A stretch of DNA of 64,000 bases, taken from NCBI GenBank assembly GCA_963666055.2, contig CAXWPH010000002.1:194759-258758 (forward strand), read 5' to 3'. Below, piece by piece: positions 46,978-55,923 of this stretch. The stretch's first letter is position 1, and each line of letters begins with the position of its first letter. This DNA is from Acidobacteriota bacterium. Its GTDB lineage: Bacteria; Acidobacteriota; UBA890; WLXD01. Position numbers and translations under genes: made by a program. Below the pieces are notes generated by a model. That model searched no databases. It saw nothing but the letters and a program-made list of their open reading frames with translations, and was not told the origin of the DNA.

Positions 46978-47651
46978 GGCGCGGATGCAGCGTATCGCTG
47001 CTCGTACCGTGCCACGGTGACCTCGCGATCCGGCAGCGTATCCCGGATTGCCTCGGTCTCGACGGTGCGTTGCAGCCAGGCACGAAGGTCGGGCCGCTTG
47101 TCGACCAGCTCGGCCAGACTGGTGAGCTGGCGTAACCAGTCCATGCGCGCCCAGTGCGGCGCGCAATGAAACGCCAGCAACGTGTGGACGCGCCCCTCGT
47201 CGGCGTCGACTGTGATCGCCAGCTGATCGAGCTCGCGCCCGATATGGTCACGACGCTCGGGGTCGACCATCCCACCCGCCCGCATCGATTCGTAGAAGGT
47301 CTCGACGACGATCTCGTCCCATTGCTTCATCGCCAGTCGTTGGCGGGCGCGAAGCCGTGGGTCGGATGCAAGGACGCCTGTCCACCCGCGTGTCTCGGCC
47401 AGGTACTCGTTGATCACCTGCGACTCGTACAGCGTGAAGTCGTCGTCGACCAGCAGGGGCACGCGGCCGGTCGGGCTCAGAGCAAGGAACTCGGGGTCAC
47501 GATTACGCAGATCGATCTCGTGCAGCTCGAAGGGGATATCGAGGTGGTCCAGCAGAGCGCGAGTACGCTGTGCGAACGGGCACACCTGAGCGCTGTAGAG
47601 CTTCAACGGGGCGCCTCCGGGTGTGCCGTGCTGAGGTTGCCGGACCGGCAC
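46974..47651 (-). CDS. glutathione S-transferase
   Basis: Thioredoxin-fold N-terminus LKLYSAQVCPFAQRTRALL...LSPTGRVPLLVDDDFTLYESQVINEYL, plus a helical C-terminal domain. Confidence 0.85.
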   Translation of the reverse strand: MPVRQPQHGTPGGAPLKLYSAQVCPFAQRTRALLDHLDIPFELHEIDLRNRDPEFLALSPTGRVPLLVDDDFTLYESQVINEYLAETRGWTGVLASDPRLRARQRLAMKQWDEIVVETFYESMRAGGMVDPERRDHIGRELDQLAITVDADEGRVHTLLAFHCAPHWARMDWLRQLTSLAELVDKRPDLRAWLQRTVETEAIRDTLPDREVTVARYEQRYAASAP

Positions 47652-47652
47652 C

Positions 47653-49425
47653 CTAGCGCTCTTCGAGCCAGGCGCGGTCGGCGTCGCTCGGAGCGCCGTC
47701 GGCCAGATACTCAGCCACGACCTGCACGAACTCCGAGTTGGTCAGATCGTCGCCGGACCCCGAGGGGCTGTAGCCGATCCAGCAGTGCGGCTTGCGCCAC
47801 CCGTACTCGAACGACGCTTCGGCCGGCGGGTTGTCGACCCGGTCGAGGAAGTCTTGCAGCAGGAACACCGCTTCCTCCAGGTAGTAGGTATCCATGTCGC
47901 CGGTTGCCACGTGCAGCTTGCCGCGCAGCGACGGGCCGATCTCCGGCCATTGCTCGCGAAGGTAGCGGTGCAGGTCGAAGTTCTCACGCCAGTACTCGGC
48001 GACCTCGAGGTGGATCACGCCGCTGACCGGATCCCAGATTGGAGCCGGGTAGCCATCGTCGCCGACGGGACCGAATACTGCTTCCCAGATCGCCCACTGG
48101 CCACCCGAGCGGCTGTTGGGCCCGCGTGCAAGCTCCATGGTGTTTTCCATGCGCACAGTGGACGTGATGTTGCCGTCCGGTCGGCGCGCGTTGGGGCGCT
48201 CTATTCGATGCCATTCGTTGCCCGTGGTGTAGGCGTTGTCGTCCTCGTAAATGCCGACGATCTGGTAGTAGTTGAAGTCCACCGGATCAGGGCACCAGCC
48301 CCAGGTTCCGCCGAAGACCTCGGGGTAGAAGATCTGCGCCGCAAGAGCCTCCCAGCCACCCGTGGAGCCACCGGCGGTGACCCGTGCCCAGGTCTTAGGA
48401 ATCATCCGGAACCGGCGCTCGAGGTACGGCATCAGCTCCTCGGTTATCGCTGTGCCGTAGGGGCCGACGTTGGCGGAATCGACCGAGTACGAGGTGTCGT
48501 AATAGGGGTTGGCGTCACGCAGTGTGACGGCGAACATGCGCGGGGACTCGTCGGAGTCCCAGCGTTCGGTAAAGCCCGCCGCCCGGGCGCGCGGTGCCTC
48601 GTCGCCATAGCCGAGCGGTGCGGCGCGCCCCGGAAAGTGACCCTGCACGTAGAGGGTCGGGTAGTGGGTGTCCGAGCTCGGGTCATAGCCATACGGCAGC
48701 AGCACGTTGGCGCCGATGTACATATCGCGGCCCCAGAACTTGCTCAGCACCTCGCTACGCAGCTTGACGAACTTGACGCGCTCGCTGTCGCGCGGGTTGC
48801 CCTGCTGCAGCACCTCGCCGTCGCGCAGCGGTTCGATCGGCGGAATGACCTGGTCGATCACCAGTTCGATGCTGCCGCCCGTCGCCGGGTCGATGCGCAT
48901 ACGGGTCGGCGTGCCGTAGGCGTTGCCGGGGGCGCGGAACGCCTGCTGTCCAGCGCCGGAATTCAGATGCATCTCGACGACGTGCCCGTCGTGGCGTTCG
49001 AACCGCGTATACACGCTCAGGAACGGCTGAACGATGTATTCGCCGGGCGGGATGGCGTCGAAGCTCGCCAGCGGATAGCCGATGACGCCGCCGTCGGACA
49101 TCGTGCCCGACCCGCGCGCTCCACTGGTATCGAGTGTCACCGAGTCGTTGTCGCCGAAGCCCCGCACATCCATGCCCCAGAGCGGCACCCCGGTGACCCC
49201 CAGCTGCAGGCGTGGCTCGGTGTTGACGTCGCGCGACAGCACCAGGAACACGCGCCCGGTGACCGGCACGTCCAACCCAAGGGCGGCGATCCCGAGCGCC
49301 GCCTCGGTGGAGAGTCGTATATGTACGCGCAGCGTGTCGTTGGGCGACACCGACAGCGACAGGCCGGACCGTGCCAGGACTACGGCCACGGACACCATTG
49401 CTACAATCCAGGTCGATCGTCGCAT
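47653..49425 (-). CDS. secreted alpha/beta-hydrolase, 'putative esterase' (esterase D / enterochelin-esterase-like) family
   Basis: Signal peptide. YPTLYVQGHF, EELMPYLERRFRM, nucleophile motif AGGSTGGWEAL. The GST start lies 1 nt downstream of its stop, so the two probably form an operon. Confidence 0.7.
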   Translation of the reverse strand: MRRSTWIVAMVSVAVVLARSGLSLSVSPNDTLRVHIRLSTEAALGIAALGLDVPVTGRVFLVLSRDVNTEPRLQLGVTGVPLWGMDVRGFGDNDSVTLDTSGARGSGTMSDGGVIGYPLASFDAIPPGEYIVQPFLSVYTRFERHDGHVVEMHLNSGAGQQAFRAPGNAYGTPTRMRIDPATGGSIELVIDQVIPPIEPLRDGEVLQQGNPRDSERVKFVKLRSEVLSKFWGRDMYIGANVLLPYGYDPSSDTHYPTLYVQGHFPGRAAPLGYGDEAPRARAAGFTERWDSDESPRMFAVTLRDANPYYDTSYSVDSANVGPYGTAITEELMPYLERRFRMIPKTWARVTAGGSTGGWEALAAQIFYPEVFGGTWGWCPDPVDFNYYQIVGIYEDDNAYTTGNEWHRIERPNARRPDGNITSTVRMENTMELARGPNSRSGGQWAIWEAVFGPVGDDGYPAPIWDPVSGVIHLEVAEYWRENFDLHRYLREQWPEIGPSLRGKLHVATGDMDTYYLEEAVFLLQDFLDRVDNPPAEASFEYGWRKPHCWIGYSPSGSGDDLTNSEFVQVVAEYLADGAPSDADRAWLEER

Positions 49426-49523
49426 GGGGGGATCTTACAGTGGTCGACGGTATCGTTCCCTGAGCCCCGCCGCTGATTCATCACCGCAAATACTGACCTG
49501 ATGTACGGGAGAGTGATCGGCAG

Positions 49524-50021
49524 ATGGGTACCTACGCAGAAGTGTTCTTCGATATCACCATCGACGGCGAGCCCGCTGGGCGTGTGGTCATGGAGTTGAG
49601 CGACGAGACCCCCAAGACGTCGGAGAACTTTCGCGCCTTGTGCACCGGCGAGAAGGGCTTCGGATACGAGGGGTCGGGCTTTCACCGCATCATTCCCAAC
49701 TTCATGTGCCAGGCTGGCGACTTCACCAACCACGACGGCACCGGCGGTAAGTCGATCTACGGTGACCGGTTCGACGATGAGAACTTCACGCTTGCGCACA
49801 CCGGCCCGGGCATCCTTTCCATGGCCAATGCCGGTCCTAACACCAATGGCTCGCAATTCTTCATTTGCACTGCGGAGACGGCATGGCTGGACGGCAAGCA
49901 CTGCGTCTTCGGGCGGGTGACCGAGGGCATGGACGTGATCCGGGCCTGCGAAGCGGTCGGCAAAGGATCGGGGGCTCCGTCGGCGCCGGTGATCATTGAC
50001 GCCTGCGGAGAGCTCTCGTAG
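49524..50021 (+). CDS. cyclophilin-type peptidyl-prolyl cis-trans isomerase (eukaryotic CypA-like)
   Basis: [101 protein letters not shown]. Confidence 0.95.
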   Translation: MGTYAEVFFDITIDGEPAGRVVMELSDETPKTSENFRALCTGEKGFGYEGSGFHRIIPNFMCQAGDFTNHDGTGGKSIYGDRFDDENFTLAHTGPGILSMANAGPNTNGSQFFICTAETAWLDGKHCVFGRVTEGMDVIRACEAVGKGSGAPSAPVIIDACGELS

Positions 50022-50035
50022 ACGCGACCGGGAGA

Positions 50036-50824
50036 ATGTACGAGCGCATCGTCTGCATGACGGAGGAGACCACCGAGTCTCTGTACCTCATGCAGGAGGA
50101 CTGGCGCATCGTGGGCATCTCCGGATTTACCGTGCGGCCGCCCCGCGCCCGCCGGGAGAAGCCCAAGGTCTCGGCGTTCACCAGCGCCAAGATCGACAAG
50201 ATTCTCGAGCTCGCGCCCGATCTGGTGCTCGGCTTCTCCGACCTCCAGGCCGATATCGCCGCCAGCCTGATCAGGGCTGGGGTCGAGGTGCATGTGTTCA
50301 ACCACCGCAGCGTCGCCGGCATCCTGCGTATGGTGCGTGTGCTTGGCGGCTTGATCGGCTGTGCCGACAAGGGCGAGGAGCTAGCGGCAGAGCTGCAGTC
50401 AGGGGTCGATGAGATCCGCCATCGGGCCTCCAGGCTAGCGGCACGGCCGCGGGTGTACTTCGAGGAGTGGGACGATCCCATGATCTCGGGAATCCGCTGG
50501 GTGTCTGAGCTCATCGGCATCGCCGGTGGCGACGAGTGCTTCCCCGAGTTGAGTCGCGAGTCGCTTGCCACCAACCGTATCGTTGTTGACCCATCGGAGG
50601 TCGTGGCGCGCGCCCCCGATGTAATCCTGGGCTCCTGGTGCGGCAAGAAGTTCCGGCCCGAACGGGTCGCCGCTCGCCACGGCTGGGACGCCCTGCCAGC
50701 GGTGCGCGGCGGGCACGTGTACGAGATCAAGTCGGCGGTGATCCTGCAGCCGGGGCCAGCGGCGCTGACCGACGGCGTGCGCCAGATACACCAGATCATC
50801 GCGAATTGGGCGGACTCGCGCTGA
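50036..50824 (+). CDS. cobalamin/siderophore-binding-protein-like (Peripla_BP_2 fold) protein without a signal peptide
   Basis: RIVCMTEETTESLYLMQ...KILELAPDLVLGFS...RPRVYFEEWDDPMISGIRWVSELIGIAGG...APDVILGSWCG. Confidence 0.65.
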   Translation: MYERIVCMTEETTESLYLMQEDWRIVGISGFTVRPPRARREKPKVSAFTSAKIDKILELAPDLVLGFSDLQADIAASLIRAGVEVHVFNHRSVAGILRMVRVLGGLIGCADKGEELAAELQSGVDEIRHRASRLAARPRVYFEEWDDPMISGIRWVSELIGIAGGDECFPELSRESLATNRIVVDPSEVVARAPDVILGSWCGKKFRPERVAARHGWDALPAVRGGHVYEIKSAVILQPGPAALTDGVRQIHQIIANWADSR

Positions 50825-51012
50825 TGTGCCGGCGTCGGCGCACCACCATCGAAGCGCCGACGCCGTCCCGATACGTCGCCCGACTCGTTGGCGCGGCCGC
50901 CCGCATCTCGGTACCCTCTGGCGCGTCGTCCCGTGCGCATCCGTGTCGTGCACGGTCCGAATCGAAGTCGACCCATGCGATGCACCCGTGCCGTCGCGAC
51001 CCGGAGCTACCG

Positions 51013-53652
51013 ATGAACCGTCGTCCTTGGCCGGCCCGCAGGCTGGTGCCGATCGTCGCCCTGTCCCTCGCCGCCGTCATCGTCGCCGCCAGCGCCCAAG
51101 CAGCATGGCCTCAGCGGTCGATCGTGTCGCCGGAGGAGTACTTCGGCTTTCAGATGGGCGCCGATCGAAAGCTAGCGCGCTGGGACAAGCTGGTGACGTA
51201 CTACGAGCAGCTAGCCAGCGCCAGCCCGCGGATGTTGGCCTTGAATATCGGCCCCTCGACACTCGACAACCCGTTCCTGATCCTGTTCATCTCGGCGCCG
51301 GAGAATCTCGAGCACGACCGATTCGGTGAGCTGCAGCGGCTCAACGCCACGCTTAACGATCCTCGTGGTGCAACCGAGGCGGCCATCGAGCAGGCGATCG
51401 CCGACGGGAAGGCGATTGTTGTGCAGTCGATGGGACTGCACTCGACGGAGGTGGCTGCGAGCCAGATGGCGGCCGAGCTCGTCTACGACCTCGTCACTCG
51501 TACCGACGACGAGGTCATGCGCATTCTCGACAACACCATCTCCATCATCATTCCCTGTTTCAACCCCGACGGCGAGATCCTCGTTACCGACTGGTACAAC
51601 CAGACTGTCGGGACGGAATACGAGGGCGTCTCACCGCCGAGCCTCTACCACCACTACATCGGTCACGACAACAATCGAGACGCCTTTCAGACCAATACCG
51701 TCGAGTCGGTGTACGGCGCCCAGATACTGTTTCGCGACTGGATTCCGCAGGCCTACATCGACCACCATCAGATGGGGTCCTACGGGGCGCGGATCTACGT
51801 GCCGCCCTACGCTGAGCCCATCCGGCCGGACGGCGACCCGCTGGTGTGGCGCGAGATGAGCTGGTACGGCGCGCACATTGCGTACAAGGAGGAGGCGGCC
51901 GGTGTCTCGGGCGTGGTCAACGCCGCCGTGTACTCCGGGTGGGGACATTTCGGCTTCCACTGGATCACGCCGTTCCACAACATTGCCGGCATGCTCACGG
52001 AGTCGGCGAGCGCGCGGCTGGCAACGCCGCTGTTCCTGCATCCCGACCAGCTCAACGGTGGTACCCGTGGGCTGCCGGAGTACGAGGCGCAAACGACCTT
52101 CCCGAACCCGTGGCTTGGCGGCTGGTGGCGCGTCCGCGACATCGTCGTGCAGCAGAAGATCGCCGCCCTCGCGGCGCTCGATCTCGCGGCCCGCAATCGC
52201 CAGACCGTGCTGCGCAGCGCCTACTTGAAAGCCAGCCGTCAGACGAAGCGCGGCGCCGAGGGCAAGCCCGCGGCGTTCGTGATCCCGTACGCCCAGCACG
52301 ATTGGCTCACCTCGACCAAGATGATCAACAAGCTGCGCGTGCAAGGGATCGAAGTACATCGCTCGGATCGTCGATTCACCCACGAAGGCCGAGCCTACGA
52401 CGCCGGGAGCTACGTGATCTCGATGGCGCAACCCAAGCGTGGCGTGATCCGCTGGCTCCTCGGCCGCACCTTCTATCCCGACAACACATACACGCGGACG
52501 CGTGACGGCGACCCCATCCGCCCCTACGACATGTCGACCGACACCATGTCGGAGTTCATGGGCGTGCGCGTGGATGCAGTCGACACGCCGGTGGAGTCCG
52601 GTTTGTCGGTTGTCACATCCGACGTCGAGCGGCGCGGCACTGCGGTGCGGGGCCGCCGTGGCTATGTAGTCGATGGCCGGCTGAACGACGCTTTCAAGGC
52701 GTTGAACCTGCTGTTTGATAACGGAATCGCCGTGCGGCGTGTCGTCCAGGACATCGCCGGCGGAGTGCACGCCGGAGACTTCGTCGTATCGGCGGATGCT
52801 GCCGACGACACCGTGAGCGAGATTGCGCAGCGCACCGGCGTGCCGTTCGCCGCCCTGGAGGTGGAAGCGGCGAGCAGCAGTTATGCGCTCGAGCGCCAGC
52901 GCATAGGGATGTACCAGCGTTACTACGGTGGCAACATGGACGAGGGCTGGACTCGACTGCTGCTCGAGATGTTCGGGTTCCCGTACACCACTCTCATGGA
53001 CTCCGACGTTACCGGCGGTACCCTGCGCGACAACTACGACGTCATCATCCTGCCGGCCGACTCTCCGAGCGCCATGACCGGCGAGGACGAGGACGAGGAC
53101 GAGGGCGGCTTCCGTGGACGGCGCGATGAGTGGCCAGCCGAGTATCGCAGCGGATTCGGGCAGGAGGGCGTCGACGCTCTCGAGGCGTTCGTTCAGGCCG
53201 GCGGCACGCTGCTCACCTTCGCGCAGGCGGGCGAGTTGGCGATCGAGGAATTCGATCTCCCCATCCGCAACGTCGTCGCTGAGCTGTCCTCGCGACAGTT
53301 CTGGTCACCCGGCTCGACGCTGCGTGTCGAAGTCGACCGCACCAACGCCCTCGCGTACGGCATGCCGGCGGCGGCGCTGGCGACTTTCCTGCAAGGCAAC
53401 CAGGTCTATCGTGTGGTGCCGAGCAATCGGAACCATCATGTGGAGCGTATCGTGACCTTCGTCGATCGCGACATTCTGCAGAGCGGCTGGCTGCTGGGCG
53501 AGGAAGCCATCGCCAACAAGGCCGCCATGGTGTCGGTGGGTCACGGGGAGGGCAAGGTCGTGCTGATCGGCTTTCGGGCGCAGCACCGCGCCCAGACACA
53601 CGGCACGTTCAAGCTCGTGTTCAACGCGCTGGTCAGCGCCCCGTCAGATTGA
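51013..53652 (+). CDS. large secreted M14-family metallocarboxypeptidase-like protein
   Basis: Start MNRRPWPARRLVPIVALSLAAVIVAASAQA (ATG 51013). HxxE motif in MGLHSTEVAASQM, then IIPCFNPDGE and HHQMG. The ORF-track extension from 50638 overlaps the previous gene. Confidence 0.8.
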   Translation: MNRRPWPARRLVPIVALSLAAVIVAASAQAAWPQRSIVSPEEYFGFQMGADRKLARWDKLVTYYEQLASASPRMLALNIGPSTLDNPFLILFISAPENLEHDRFGELQRLNATLNDPRGATEAAIEQAIADGKAIVVQSMGLHSTEVAASQMAAELVYDLVTRTDDEVMRILDNTISIIIPCFNPDGEILVTDWYNQTVGTEYEGVSPPSLYHHYIGHDNNRDAFQTNTVESVYGAQILFRDWIPQAYIDHHQMGSYGARIYVPPYAEPIRPDGDPLVWREMSWYGAHIAYKEEAAGVSGVVNAAVYSGWGHFGFHWITPFHNIAGMLTESASARLATPLFLHPDQLNGGTRGLPEYEAQTTFPNPWLGGWWRVRDIVVQQKIAALAALDLAARNRQTVLRSAYLKASRQTKRGAEGKPAAFVIPYAQHDWLTSTKMINKLRVQGIEVHRSDRRFTHEGRAYDAGSYVISMAQPKRGVIRWLLGRTFYPDNTYTRTRDGDPIRPYDMSTDTMSEFMGVRVDAVDTPVESGLSVVTSDVERRGTAVRGRRGYVVDGRLNDAFKALNLLFDNGIAVRRVVQDIAGGVHAGDFVVSADAADDTVSEIAQRTGVPFAALEVEAASSSYALERQRIGMYQRYYGGNMDEGWTRLLLEMFGFPYTTLMDSDVTGGTLRDNYDVIILPADSPSAMTGEDEDEDEGGFRGRRDEWPAEYRSGFGQEGVDALEAFVQAGGTLLTFAQAGELAIEEFDLPIRNVVAELSSRQFWSPGSTLRVEVDRTNALAYGMPAAALATFLQGNQVYRVVPSNRNHHVERIVTFVDRDILQSGWLLGEEAIANKAAMVSVGHGEGKVVLIGFRAQHRAQTHGTFKLVFNALVSAPSD

Positions 53653-53728
53653 GCAGCAGCGGAGCACCCCCAACGAGCGCGCCGTGCCCGGCACGTGTGA
53701 CGGTTTCTTTATCGTGGAGGGAGAACAG

Positions 53729-54580
53729 ATGAACGGAAGAAAACTGATGGTCGCGATGACCGCCGTCGTCACCGTGCTCATGGGGTCGGTGACCTACGGC
53801 GCTGTCGCGCAGGAGGCCGTCCAACGATACGTCCGATATAGCTACCAAGGCTCCACCGCCTACGGCGTCGTTCGCGGTGAGGTGATCCAGCAACTCGATG
53901 GGCCGCCCTACGAATCCCGCACGGCCACTGGCGTCGAGGTTGCTCTCGCCGACGTCGCGCTGTTGGCGCCGGCCGAGCCATCCAAGGTCATCGCGGTTGG
54001 GCTGAACTACTTGAGCCACCTCGGGAGCCGGCCGCCCTCCGAGTACCCTGGCCTGTTTGCCAAGCTACCGACCTCGATCATCGGTCCCGATGCGGCGATC
54101 GAGATACCCCCGGACGCCCACAACGTGCATTACGAGGGCGAGCTTGTGGTTGTTATCGGCAAGAAGGCCCGCAACGTGTCGCCCGAAGAAGCTCGCGACT
54201 TCGTCTTCGGTGTTACCGCGGGAAACGACATCAGTGAGCGTGATTGGCAGGGCGATGACCTGCAGTGGTTCCGCGCCAAGGCGTCCGACACATTCGGACC
54301 CATCGGACCAGCGATTGTTACCGGGCTCGATTACAACGATCTGCACGTTCAGACTCGGGTCAACGGCGAGCTACGTCAGTCCGAAAGTTCCTCCGATCTG
54401 CTGTTCGGGGTCGACGAGATCGTTAGTTACGTCAGCCACTACGTGACCTTATTGCCCGGCGACCTGATCTTCACCGGGACGCCGGGGAGCACGCAGGCGA
54501 TGCAGCCCGGGGACGTCGTGGAGATCGAAGTTGCCGGCGTCGGCGTTCTGCGCAACCCCGTGGTTCGCAAGGGCAGCTAG
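53729..54580 (+). CDS. fumarylacetoacetate hydrolase (FAH)-family protein with an N-terminal signal peptide
   Basis: GGAGGGAG Shine-Dalgarno, then ATG 53729. MNGRKLMVAMTAVVTVLMGSVTYGAVAQEA. FAH motifs KVIAVGLNYLSH, YEGELVVVIGK, GVTAGNDISERDWQ, LPGDLIFTGTPGS. Confidence 0.85.
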   Translation: MNGRKLMVAMTAVVTVLMGSVTYGAVAQEAVQRYVRYSYQGSTAYGVVRGEVIQQLDGPPYESRTATGVEVALADVALLAPAEPSKVIAVGLNYLSHLGSRPPSEYPGLFAKLPTSIIGPDAAIEIPPDAHNVHYEGELVVVIGKKARNVSPEEARDFVFGVTAGNDISERDWQGDDLQWFRAKASDTFGPIGPAIVTGLDYNDLHVQTRVNGELRQSESSSDLLFGVDEIVSYVSHYVTLLPGDLIFTGTPGSTQAMQPGDVVEIEVAGVGVLRNPVVRKGS

Positions 54581-54592
54581 CGGGAGGTCGCT

Positions 54593-55346
54593 CTGAGATA
54601 CGTTCGTTACAGTCATGACGATGCGATCGCGTACGGGCTTCTGCGCGGTGATGTCATCGAGGAGCTCGCCCGGCCCACCGTACGATTCGCCGGAGCCCAC
54701 TGGCCGGACGGTGGCGGCGCGGGAGGCCCATCTGCTAGCCCCGTGTGAGCCGTCGAAGGTGCTGGCGGTAGGGCTCAATTATCGCAGCCACTTGGACGGA
54801 CGCCCGTTGCCGGATCCGCCGGGCATCTTCATCAAGTTGCCGACGTCGATCGTCGGGCCTGGGGATCCGATCGTGCTCCCGGCCGACGCCGGCAACGTGC
54901 ACTACGAAGGTGAGTTGGTGATCGTCATCGGACGCCGCGCCCATGAGGTCTCCGCCGCGGCGGCGGGCGAGTATGTCTTCGGCGTTACGGCCGGCAATGA
55001 CGTGAGCGAGCGCGATTGGCAGCGCGACGATCTGCAGTGGTTCCGCGCCAAGGGTTGCGACACCTTCGGTCCAATCGGACCGCTAATTGCCACCGACCTC
55101 GATTACGGCAACCTGCATCTCCAGACGCGTGTCAACGGCGAGGTGCGCCAGGAGCAGAACACTAACGATCTGGTCTGCGGTGTCGACGACATCGTCAGCT
55201 ACATCAGCAGCTACGCGACGCTGTTGCCGGGAGACGTCATCTTCACCGGAACGCCGGGAAGCACGCAGGCGCTGCAGAATGGCGATGTCGTGGAGGTCGA
55301 GATCGAAGGCATCGGCGTGTTGAGAAATACCGTCTTGCGGCCGTGA
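54593..55346 (+). pseudogene. second FAH-family paralog; 1-nt frameshift near its 5' end and no canonical start codon
   Basis: ORF track 54615..55346 carries the catalytic part (KVLAVGLNYRSH, YEGELVIVIGR, GVTAGNDVSERDWQ, LPGDVIFTGTPGS). The paralog-matching N-terminus LRYVRYSHDDAIAYGLLRGDVIEELA is in another frame, starting from CTG 54593 after GGGAGG. Deleting one C of CCC 54669..54671 joins them as ...IEELAGPPYDSPEPTG. Confidence 0.7.
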
Positions 55347-55401
55347 TGTTGCTGGCTCGGAAGGATTGTGTCTTGGCTGTTGTGCCACCGGAGGCCACCG
55401 G

Positions 55402-55923
55402 ATGATTTCCCGTCCACAAGCGAAGCGCAGGGTGCTACTCGGTGCCCTGCCGCTGCTGCTGATCTTGGCCGGATGGGCTTGGTCAGCGCCGTCAGGCGAG
55501 CAATCGTCGGTGGTGTACGTGCTACGTCACGCCGAGCGCGCCGATGCCGCGCAGCCCGAGCGCGACCCGCATCTCAGCGCTGCCGGTCATGCTCGCGCCG
55601 AACAGCTGGCCGATCTCCTGGTCGCGGAGCACATCGCCACCGTCTTCAGCTCTGACTATCACCGCACCCGCGAAACGGCTCGACCGCTGGCGAGTCGCCT
55701 CGGCTTGTCGGTGCAAACTTACGATCCGAGCGCCCTGGCCGAGCTCGCCGCCGAGCTCCGCGAGCTGCCCGGGCGACATGTCGTCGTCGGCCACAGCAAC
55801 ACGACACCGCAGCTGGTTGAGCTGCTGGGCGGCGATCCAGGCGAGCCGATCGATGATGCGGTGGAGTTCGATCGCCTCTACGTCGTTGTCCGGGACGCCG
55901 ATCGAGTCACCACGGCCTGCTAG
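55402..55923 (+). CDS. histidine phosphatase-family (SixA / phosphoglycerate-mutase-like) secreted protein
   Basis: MISRPQAKRRVLLGALPLLLILAGWAWS signal peptide. Catalytic VYVLRHAER and VVVGHSNT. Confidence 0.8.
   Translation: MISRPQAKRRVLLGALPLLLILAGWAWSAPSGEQSSVVYVLRHAERADAAQPERDPHLSAAGHARAEQLADLLVAEHIATVFSSDYHRTRETARPLASRLGLSVQTYDPSALAELAAELRELPGRHVVVGHSNTTPQLVELLGGDPGEPIDDAVEFDRLYVVVRDADRVTTAC
55907..55923 (+). repeat. CTAG-anchored repeat, short copy
   Basis: TCACCACGGCCTGCTAG followed by GCGCC. It encodes the last residues (VTTAC) and the stop of the phosphatase gene. Confidence 0.45.

Noticed and set aside
47785-49476. 563-aa plus-strand ORF
   Set aside because: It is antisense to the esterase gene (47653..49425), which has a signal peptide and a GxSxG motif. 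This ORF has no recognisable motif and an Arg/Val/Gly-heavy composition.
49993-50985. 330-aa minus-strand ORF, and 51631..52770 (379 aa)
   Set aside because: They are antisense to the BtuF-fold gene and the M14 gene respectively. No motifs are present.
50638-51012. N-terminal 125-codon extension of the M14 ORF
   Set aside because: It overlaps the preceding gene and is Arg/Pro-rich. A proper signal peptide begins at ATG 51013.
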